Shown here in pieces: positions 53,557 to 64,000 of a stretch of 64,000 nt of DNA. Under the pieces are notes generated by a model. It saw only the letters and a list, made by a program, of their open reading frames with translations. It was not told the DNA's origin and did not search any database. Positions within the stretch are counted from its first letter, which is position 1. Each line of letters begins with the position of its first letter. Source of the DNA: the human T2T-CHM13v2.0 reference genome, Homo sapiens; the NCBI RefSeq assembly GCF_009914755.1, contig NC_060928.1, one strand, 5' to 3'. A program made the translations under genes and the position numbers.

Positions 53557-54403
53557 TGATGCCGCAGGAAAGTGCTGGGAAGGGAATGCTGGGAAGGGAA
53601 GGGCGTGGTCCCTTTAAATGATAAGGAAGGGGGGCGGGAAGTGCTGGGTAGAGGAGGGCGTGGTCCCCAGCTAGGGCTTCATCCCTGGGCCTGGGCCCAC
53701 CTAGGTGAAGACAGGCATTTTTGTTTTCCTGCCCGGATGTTGCATTTCCCAAGACCACCCTGGCCTGCCATGCCCTCATCCTGTGCCTTTAAAAACCCCC
53801 GAGACCCTGGCAGGCAGACGCACAAGCAGCTGGACATTGAGAGGAGCATATAGGCAGAGAATACAGGGGCTGCTGGATGTCGAAAGGAACGCACCAGCAT
53901 AGGAGCACACCGGCATGCTGGCAGGCCATTGACCAGCGGAAGAATGCAGAGTTTGTCGCGGGAGGTCAGAGAAGAGTCAGGCCGCCATACCTGACTCCAG
54001 GAGAAAACCGTCTCCCTTCTGGTTCCCCCGTCTGCCGAGAGCTACTTCCACTCAATAAAACTTTCCACTCATTCTTCAAGCCCACGTGTGATCCAATTCT
54101 TCCCGTACACCAAGGTAAGAACCCGGGATACAGAAAGCCCTCTGTCTTTGCGATAAGGCAGGGGTCTAATTGAGCTAACACAAGCCGCCTACAGACGGTT
54201 AAACTAAAAGAGCACCCTGTAACACATGCCCACTGGGGCTTCAGCTGTAAACATTCACACCTAGACACTGCTGTGGGGTCAGAGCCTCACAATCTGCCCG
54301 TCTGTATGCCCCTATAGAGGTTTGAGCAGCAGGACACTGAAGAAGCGAGCCACACCCCCATCACACGCCCTGCAAGGGCGACAAGGGAACTTTTCCTGTT
54401 TCA
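53557..54403 (+). mobile_element. Solo LTR1-family (ERV1)
   Basis: TGAT...TTTCA ends, perfect TSD GTAG; GTGCTGGGAAGGGAAGGGCGTGGTCCC repeats; AATAAA at 54054-54059. Confidence 0.85.
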
Positions 54404-54667
54404 GTAGTAGACCGTAAAATAAATGATCCTCAGTTTTTCCAGCATCCTCTCCAATTTTTCATTCTTTTAAATCATTATACACAGGGCAGAGATATTTAGT
54501 GTTACTGATAAATCAAAGGAACTATTTGTAAAAGTATTTTTATTTAAATTTAGAATGCATTACACAATTTTGTTTGGCAAAATGTTTCTGTTCCTAAGTA
54601 GAGCTTACTTATAACTAGCAATACTTCAGGAGGATTTTCCAGACTTAGATTTTAAAACTTAGGGTGT

Positions 54668-54807
54668 GGCCAGGCCTAGTGGCTCATGTCCATAATCCTG
54701 GCACTTTGGGAGGCTGAGGTGGGTGGATGGCTTGAGCCCAAGAGTTTGAGACCAGCCTGGGCAACATAGCGAGATTCCTGTCTCTATTAAAAAAAAAATT
54801 AAAAAAA
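54668..54807 (+). mobile_element. FLAM_C Alu monomer
   Basis: GGCCAGGC...CTTGAGCCCAAGAGTTTGAGACCAGCCTGGGCAACATAGCGAGA followed by an A tail. Confidence 0.85.
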
Positions 54808-55351
54808 GGTGACTGTGTATCAGCTGTGGTTAACTCATGTAAGCTTCCTAAGCCATGCTTTTCTCATCTATAAAATGGAGATAATAATAGTATTCTTTCT
54901 TATTTTACAAAGCTTTGTGAATGAGGTAGGAGATGTGGGAGAATGGTGTAATACCAGGCAAATTAAATAAAATTCTCTTATTCTAATTTGCCATTCCCAA
55001 GTACCTATAATTGATGTCAAGGAGGCAGTCCAGAAACATACAAGGCAGTAAAAAGAAATCAATTTGATCAATTTGAGACACAGAAATTTCCACAGGAAGA
55101 ATAAAGAGTTGGCCCAATACCTATAATGCATTTGAAAGTAATCACTTAGAATTTCCTTGAATATATTAAATGAGAATTAAAAATAATGTTTTTAGTTTAC
55201 TTGGAGCTGCCTGAAATTTGGTTTGAATGCTTATAAAGATGGTGCATGGCAGGACTGTGAGATTTCTGGATGTCTTAAAAACAACACCCTTAAGTCTTAA
55301 CAAGGGGAAAGCCTCAAATGGAATCTTAAGTGATGTTGCAAATAGAGCCTT

Positions 55352-55382
55352 TGTGTGTGTGTGTTTGTGTATGTGTGTGTGT
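55352..55382. repeat. (TG)n microsatellite, imperfect
   Basis: TGTGTGTGTGTGTTTGTGTATGTGTGTGTGT. Confidence 0.85.
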
Positions 55383-57019
55383 TGGAGGTGGGTGGAGGAG
55401 TTTCAGACCGCTGCAGGCTCTCTTATTTCCTCTAAACTTCATGGCTTTCAATTTATCAGTCTCAGAAGGATGAAGAGTTGAGTCCCTCCTGATAGCATTT
55501 GAAGCTGTGGTTCCACAGAGGATTTAATGCTGTAGTTGCAGGGAGTCTAGGTATTTCAATTCTGAGGCTTAAAAAACTAAGCCATCCCCTCCGGCTTTTG
55601 CACTGATGCTGTGAAATCCATTTGAGAAACATGTCCATGTTTTGCTACTTGTTCAAAGCTGTAAGCCTGACTTGGCATTGAAATGATAATTTCTTTTTCA
55701 AAACTCCCCACTGAACTATTACCTAGGTTATCTAAATATAGGCTATTTACTTGATTGGCATTTGCTCCTGTCAGTTTCATAAACTGTAAGTAATGATTTT
55801 TGCTGATGTTAGAGCATTGTGGTACTGTGTTTCTAATTTAAATCAATGTCTACATTAATCTGGGAACATTTGATGTTACTACCTGATTGTACATTCTGGA
55901 TGTAATTAGAGTCATTATACAGAAATAAGTGTCATCCTCTTATTCTCTAAATGAGAAAAGAGAGCATTCTTCTCTTCTGAAATAATTTTTCTGGGTCATG
56001 CCCCCAAAACCATTTGTCAAATCAATAGCAGATTCTAATCACAAACTTTTTTGACTTTTTAACCTTTAAAAGTCATCTTAGTGACTTATAAAGACCAAGA
56101 TTGTGCAGTAGAATGTGGGCCTATTAAGTTATTTCTTATCAAAATAAATTATGTACAACATATTTTCAATGTGTAATTGTAATACTGGGCCACTGCTGTG
56201 ATATAGTTTTCATAACAAGGACATAGTAGACTATTAAACATGGTGGATCTTGCTTTTTGTGACAGTTGTTTATAACATTATGATGTCATCATAAATGTGA
56301 TCCATTACAATAGTAAAGCCTTAGGGCAACAGAGTAGATGTCAGGATGTCTTCCTACCACTTAAAAAATGACTTTGACATTGTTAAGGTAGTGTGACAGA
56401 TGATTTCAATAAAGAAATTCAACAATAAAAGCAAACTTCTAAACTAACAGTGACTTACAGGAAGTACATTATGCATTTAAAATGATATCTACTTGTCGAT
56501 CATGACAATGAGTATTAGAAAACTATCCAAATAATGAACACATGTATCCTGTGTGTAGCTACACAAATAGTCTGTTAATTCTCAATCATTCATATAAAAA
56601 TATGAAAGGAAAGATTTTCACATAACATAGCTTATTTTTTTCATTTTTTAGAAACACTTTTGTGTCCTTCAAATATCTCTGAAATACTCTAGCTCTTGTT
56701 GAAAATCACCAGCCTCTTAACATTTTGATATGTATCTGTTTGGTGAAAAATCTTGGTATTATACACACTGTTGTAGAACCTGCTTTTTTATTTAATATCT
56801 CTTTGACCTCTGCATATCATTAAAATTTATGCTTTTTAAAAACCTTCATTGTGCAATGTAAATACAGTAAAGGACATAAAATGTAAATAAATAGATTAAA
56901 TAATTTTGTAGAAAATGAACAGCTATGTAATCACCACTTATATAAACAAACAGAATATTGTCAGTACCCCAGAAAACCGCTAAGGACCTCTATAACATGT
57001 TCTCTGAAGATTTAAAAAA

Positions 57020-58192
57020 ATTTTATTTAATTTTTTATTTTTATAGATACGGGGTATAAGTGTAGTTGTGTTATATGTATATATTGAGTAACGGTGACGT
57101 CTGGGCTTTTAGTGTACCCATCACCCAAACAGGATACATTGCACCCAAAAGGTAGTATTTCATTCCTCACCCCCTCCTTCCCTCCTACCTTTTGGAGTCT
57201 TCTGTTATTCCACTCTAAATGTCTGTGTGTACTCATTGTTTAGCTCCCACTTACGAATGAAAACATCCAGTTTTTTACTTTCTGTTTCTGAGTTATTTCA
57301 CTAAGGATAATGGCCTTCGGTTCCATTAACATTGCTGCAAACGACATGATTTCATTCATTTTTATGGATGAGTAGTATTCCATGGTGTGTGTGTGTATAT
57401 ATACATATATCACATTTTTAATCCAGTTGTTTGCTGATGGACATTTAGGTTGATTCCATGACTTTGCTATTGTGAATAGTGTTGTGATAAACATTTGAGT
57501 GCAGGTGTCTTTTTGATAAAATGCTTTCTTTCCCTTTGGTTAGATACCCAGTAGTGGGATTGCTGGATCGAAGGGTAGATCTATTTTTAGTTCTTTGAGA
57601 AATCTCCATGCTGTTTTCCATAGAGATTATACTAATTTACATTCCCACCAACTGTGTATAAGTGTTTCTTTTTCTACACATCCTTGCCAACATCTGCTGT
57701 TTCTTGCTTTTTTAGTAATAGCCATTCTGACTGGTATGAGATGGTATCTCATTGTGGTTTTAAATTGCATTTTTCTGATGATTACTGATGCTGAACATTT
57801 TTTTCATATGGTTGTTTGCCACTTGTATGTCTTCTTTTGAAAAATATGTGTTCATGTCTTTGCCTACTCTTTAATGGGGTTATTTGTTGTTTTTGTCATT
57901 GTATTGTTTGATTTCTTCCTAAATTCTGGATATTAGTCCTTTGCCAGATGCATTGTTTCCAAATATTTTCTCCCATTCTGAAGGTTGTGTGTTTACTCTG
58001 TTGATTACTTCTTTTGCTGTGCAGAAGCCTTTAGGTTTAATGAAGTCCCATTAGTCTATTTTTGGTTTTGTCACATTTCCTTTTGAGGACCTAGTGATAA
58101 GTTCTTTGCCTAGACCAATGTCCAAAAGAGTTTTTCCTAGATTTTATGATTTTGTTCTAGAATTTTTATAGTTTCAGGTCTTACATTTAAGT
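57020..58192 (-). mobile_element. L1PB/L1MA 3' end with ORF2 C-terminal remnant
   Basis: Peptide MFITTLFTIAKSWNQPKCPS...MEYYSSIKMNEIMSFAA matches the L1 ORF2p C-terminus. Confidence 0.9.
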
Positions 58193-58194
58193 TG

Positions 58195-59075
<881 letters not shown>

Positions 59076-59372
59076 CCTGGGTGTGGTGGTGCATGTCTGT
59101 AATCCTAGTTACTGGGAAGGCTGAGGCATGAGGATTGCTTGAGGCCAGGAGTTAGAGACCAGCCTGAGCAATGCAGCTAGACTCTGTTTCTAAAAAAAAA
59201 TTTTTTTAAGTTAACTTTGTGGTGGCAACTGCTGCCTGTAGTCCCAGCTATTAAATGGAAGGCTGAGGCAGGAGGATTGCTCAAGCTCAGTGTTTCAAAA
59301 CTAGAATGAGCTGTTTGCACCACGGCCCTCCAGCCTGGGGCAACACAGTGAGACCTTGTCTCTGAAAAAAAA
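59076..59372 (+). mobile_element. AluJ-like, diverged
   Basis: Dimer with GGAGGATTGCTTGAG motifs; flanked by TCCATGTGCA repeats. Confidence 0.82.
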
Positions 59373-59777
59373 TTCCATGTGCAGATACAATGTAATTTTA
59401 AAGGATGTATAAAATCTATTTATGATGCACAGAAATTACTTAACCATTGATTTCTGTTGCTGTAAAAATTTTTGGCTTTGTATACGAAGAATTTTTTCAG
59501 AATTAATCTGTCAGATACTATGTTGAGTTTATATGATAGTCAGTAGCAATTAAAATAGCATCACGCTAGATCATGAGTGAAGGTCAGTATTAGGAATTCA
59601 GGACTCTGACAAAGCAGAGTTAGCGCTGTCTGTTACTAACACTAAGGTTTCTCAAGAGGGCAGATTTAGAGATTAAGCAGTTCTCCAAATTCAGGACAAA
59701 TTCAGGGAGTCAGGTGGTTTGAGAGAATGGTATCATAAGAACTCTGATATGAGGAAGCCCCTCATATCAGAGGGGCT

Positions 59778-59947
59778 TGAGACAGTGTCTTGCTCTGTTG
59801 CCCAGGCTGGAATGCAGTGGTCCAATCTTGGCTCAAGATTGAGAGGATTGGCAGTGCATCCTCTGCCTCTTGGGTTCAAGCAACCCTTCCACCTCACCCT
59901 CCTGAGCAGCTGGAATCCCAGGCATGGGCCACCACACCCAGCTAATG
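59778..59947 (-). mobile_element. Alu right-arm fragment with internal insertion
   Basis: TTGAGACAG..GCCCAGGCTGGAATGCAGTGG...CCACACCCAGCTAAT. Confidence 0.85.
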
Positions 59948-60128
59948 TAGCTTCTGTGGAAGAGGCTTTTTGATCCTCCTATCATCTTTATAATTTTCTA
60001 CTAACCACAGAATTGGGTAGCTGTGAAACCACTAACTTTTAATTGCACCCAGAGCTCTGAGGACACTCAGTAGTTTAGGTTCCCTTATTACTGGATGGCC
60101 CTTAGAATAAAGGCACAGCTTAAAAATG

Positions 60129-60283
60129 TTTTTTTTTAATGCCAGGTCTCGCTGTGTTTCCCAGGCTGGGTGCAGTGGCTATTCAAAGGTACAATGATAG
60201 CTCACTGCAGCCTGGAACTCCTGGACTCAAGCGATCCTCCTGCCTCAGCTGCGACTAACAGGTATGTACCACCGCACCCAACT
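60129..60283 (-). mobile_element. Alu monomer (FAM/FRAM-like)
   Basis: GCAGTGGCTATTCA..GG..ATGATAGCTCACTGCAGCCTGGAACTCCTGG. Confidence 0.75.
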
Positions 60284-60773
60284 CATAAATCGTTAAACCC
60301 CTTGAATTTCATAGGTTTAGAGTTATGATCATGGTAACTCTGCAATTTTGTATTAGCTTTAGGTGCTTTCGGTTGCAAATAACAGAAAACTTAATGGTGA
60401 TTTAAAGCGACAAGGCTTTACTTTTTTGCACCTAATAAGAAAGTTGCTGGCATTGGTTCAGTAGCTCTAAACTGTGAGAACTTACTTGCTGCTTTGTTTT
60501 CACAAGACAGCTACTGTTGCTCCAGACATACATCCACATTCAAGCTGGGGAAAAGGACAAGGACCTGGTATCAGCCACATCTTTCCCTTTTCATCCAGAA
60601 AGCAAAAGCCTTCTCAGACACTCCCAGTAGAATACTGCTTTATTCTCATCATCAGAACGATGCCACCTGGCCTTTTCAATGAAGTCTCCAGTACTCAACA
60701 ATATTGCTTTCTTTTTTTCAAAAAATTTTGAAGGATCTGGATTTCGCTTCCGGATCAACATAGTATACAGTGG

Positions 60774-61158
60774 GGCCGGGAGCAGTGGCTCACGCCTGTA
60801 ATCCCAGCACTTTGTGAGGCCAGACCAGGCAGATCACTTGAGGCCAGGAGTTCGAGACCAGCATGGCCAACATGGCGAAACCCGTGTCTTCTAAAAATAC
60901 AAAAAATTAGCTGGGTATGGTGGTGCATGCCAGTAATCACAGCTACTCAGGAGGCTGAAGCAGGAGAATTGCTTCAGCCTCTCCCCTCCCCACCCCTCCT
61001 CTCCCCGCCTCTCCTTTCCTCTCCTCTCCTCTCCCTTTTCTTTTCAAAAGTATTTATTGGCTGCCATGTGTCAGAGGTTGCCGTGAGCTCAGATCAGGCC
61101 ACTGCACTCCAGTGTAGGCAATAGAACGAGACTATGTTTCAAAAAACAAACAAAAAAG
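60774..61158 (+). mobile_element. AluS with ~97-bp non-Alu insertion
   Basis: Alu dimer interrupted at 60978-61074. Confidence 0.9.
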
Positions 61159-62009
61159 CCCCCAAACCCCACATGGTATATAATGGGAATAGCACATGCA
61201 GAAACAGAAGCTCAGATACTTAGGTGAGCTTGAAAATTTAAGACCTATGTAAATGTCTAGAAACGTTTTAAAGGACTTTGGACTTCAGAAGAGAATAAAT
61301 TCAGAGTCTAAACCTATCTTATTTAGATCTCAAGGACCAAAGAAGCCTCATTCAACATCAGAATTATGACTGTGGTGCTCAAGGAGAGATAGAAAGGAAA
61401 ATGACAGTTCTCCATCTGGGAGAAAAAGATGGTTATTTTTCAGAATAAGAGATTAAAGGAACATGGGGGATTAATGCCTGCTAATCTTGATCTTCTCTAA
61501 GAGTAGTAAAAATCACCTGCCAAGATTACAACAGATTTGAAATCGAATTGGTGACTAGAAATTGGTGAAGCATTTTAAAAGATTTATTATGGAAAGTCTT
61601 ATGAAGATGGGCAATAACTGAACAAAAAAGATTGTGAAACATGAATGGGGGTCCATTTGAATCAAGTAGCCTAACATTGCTGAATCCTAGTTAATCACAG
61701 TCTTTTGCCTTTCTTCAGTATCATTTTAAAACACCTAAGTTATAACACTAAAAGTGAGGGTTATCCCTTACTGTAGAGGGAGTCTAGTTGGTTGATGGGA
61801 AATCTATTGGTATTGCTGATAATGACAAAGTGCAGGCTGGAGTTGGAAAATAAGGAGTTTGTAATAAATGATAACAGCCCTTTTCATATACCACTAACAT
61901 TGTATTCTAGGCTTCAAAGGTAGGTTCAACCACAAATTGAAGAGGGTGTCTTGCAATATAAGGGTGACTTAGCCTTAGAAACCCTAACAATTGTTGCTTT
62001 TCATTTGCC

Positions 62010-62187
62010 TTCCTTTTTTCCTTACTTCTTTTTCCCTCCCTGCCTCTTCCTTCCTCCCTTCTCTTTTACTTTTTCCTCTCCCCTTCCCTACTCTCCCCTC
62101 CCCTCCCCTCCCCTGCTCTCCCCTCCCCTCCCCTGCTCTCCCCTCCCCTCCCTTCCTCTGCTCTCCTCTCCTTTCCCTTTTCTTTTC
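62010..62187. repeat. Polypyrimidine (CCCCT)n-rich tract at an L2 tail
   Basis: About 175 bp of almost pure C/T, followed by L2-like AAGTATTTATTG..CTACCATGTATCAGGCA. Confidence 0.88.
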
Positions 62188-62401
62188 ACAAGTATTTATT
62201 GGTTGCCTACCATGTATCAGGCATGTTTTTAGGTGTTGTGGATATAGTAGTGAATAAAACAGACAAAATTCCTACTCTGATGGAACTTACCTAAGCTACT
62301 AAACAAATGCATAGTAAGAGTTTAGAACTCATGGAGGAAATTGAAGCAGCATAATGGAATTGCTGAGGTGCGATGCTCATGGTGAGGTGATGAGAAGTGG
62401 A

Positions 62402-62731
<330 letters not shown>

Positions 62732-64000
62732 AAGAAGTGGTTTTGAAGGAAGAACCTACAGGGCTTGGTGATGGCTTGGATATGTGGTGTAGAGTAGAGT
62801 AAGTGAAGCACCGAACTTTACCTAGTTATGTTGAACAATGTGACTGGACATAGTTTAGGATGAGGAATACATTTTCGGCCTTGGGTACAGAGTGACCTTG
62901 GAGTTGATTTAATGAATGTAGTACTCTAGCAGCTTTCTGAGCCTTATGAGACTGAAATCTATATTGTTCACAGTGGACTCAGGAAAATACTCACAGAAGT
63001 GATTGCTGGTATTGAGAGAGTAGCTTCATGAAAGTAGGAGTAGGACTCTCCTGCTTGATTATGATATCTTCCTCCAAAGAGGAGAGCCATATCCCTGACT
63101 GACCAAGCGTTAATGTTTAAGTCATCTGGAATAAGAAGAAAAGCTGAGGAATGTTAGAGGAAGACACTCCTTATATTTCCTTTCATGTCGAGGGTATTCA
63201 GTGAACCACTGTCTTTCTATTCCTTTGCTTTGAGTGGCTTCTTTGATTGATAAATTTTGAAAGACAAAACCGGGCATGCCAGCCTCATCTTTGACCTTGT
63301 TCCTGTTGATCCGGAGCTGCTTACAGGGACTGTGTTCTTTGCCTCTGCTTTGTCTTGCCTTGCTGCGTAAATCTGGGGTTGAATGCTAGGAAGTCCATTT
63401 GACTCTCGAAGCAAGGGATGGCCTCTGACTTAGCCTTTATTAACTATGAAAGTGGTCTTCAGTCCTCTCTGTGCCACTCCTTAATTTTATATTTCAGTTT
63501 ACTGAGAACCCTGGTGGGGAAGAGAATTACTCTTTACTGAGTCCCCTAGAGAACCAAGAAGCAGTAAGAGAGTCACACCACTTTCTTCTGTTTCATAGCA
63601 GTTTGCAAAACAGAGTCACATGTGTGTTATCATCTATAGCTCCCATTTTTCTGGTGAAGGCATTGAGGTTTATAGAAGTTAAATGACAGGACCAAACCTA
63701 TAGAAACTAAAAGTAGCAGTGAGATACTATATCTACAGCTCCTTACTACAAATACAATGTTTCTTTCTTCTCACCATGACTACTTTGGAGATACATTAAG
63801 GATAAGTTTTCTTTTTGTCACTGGGGTGGTGCATACATGCATCAGAGTTTGAGCAGCAGCATAGGGAATCTCTGTCAAATTGTGAAAATAGAAAACTTGC
63901 CACTTTATATTTTCTGGAACCCTTTCACATTCATTCATCCATCTCACATTTGAAACATGTCAGATTTTTCACTGGTATCTGAAATGTATTCAAATATATT

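Overview
Primate, almost certainly human, genomic DNA containing the complete AGA gene (lysosomal aspartylglucosaminidase; from recall chr4q34.3) on the minus strand. All 9 coding exons can be read with GT-AG junctions. They join to 1041 nt / 346 aa, running from ATG at 51046 to TAA at 40377. The gene has a CpG-island promoter (~50700-51250) with a perfect TCTCGCGAGA element, plus proximal and distal poly(A) signals. The allele encodes Ser149 and lacks the AGU-Fin mutations. The rest is repeat-rich non-coding DNA: about 30 Alus, about 12 LTR elements (LTR40, MST, LTR2, LTR8, LTR17 nested in MER31, MER39, MLT1, LTR1), a full-length dead Tigger1, and L1/L2/MIR/MER fossils. Family names come from recalled consensus sequences, not a search. 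I found no new protein-coding system. The most unusual signals are: (i) five Alus carrying locally templated inverted or copied insertions; (ii) an Alu with an apparent 69-bp target-site duplication; (iii) a UG-rich compound minisatellite in AGA intron 6; (iv) a paired cryptic donor/acceptor that would delete 10 active-site-region residues; (v) two Pumilio elements only in the long 3'UTR; (vi) a dense cluster of solo LTRs from placenta-associated families.
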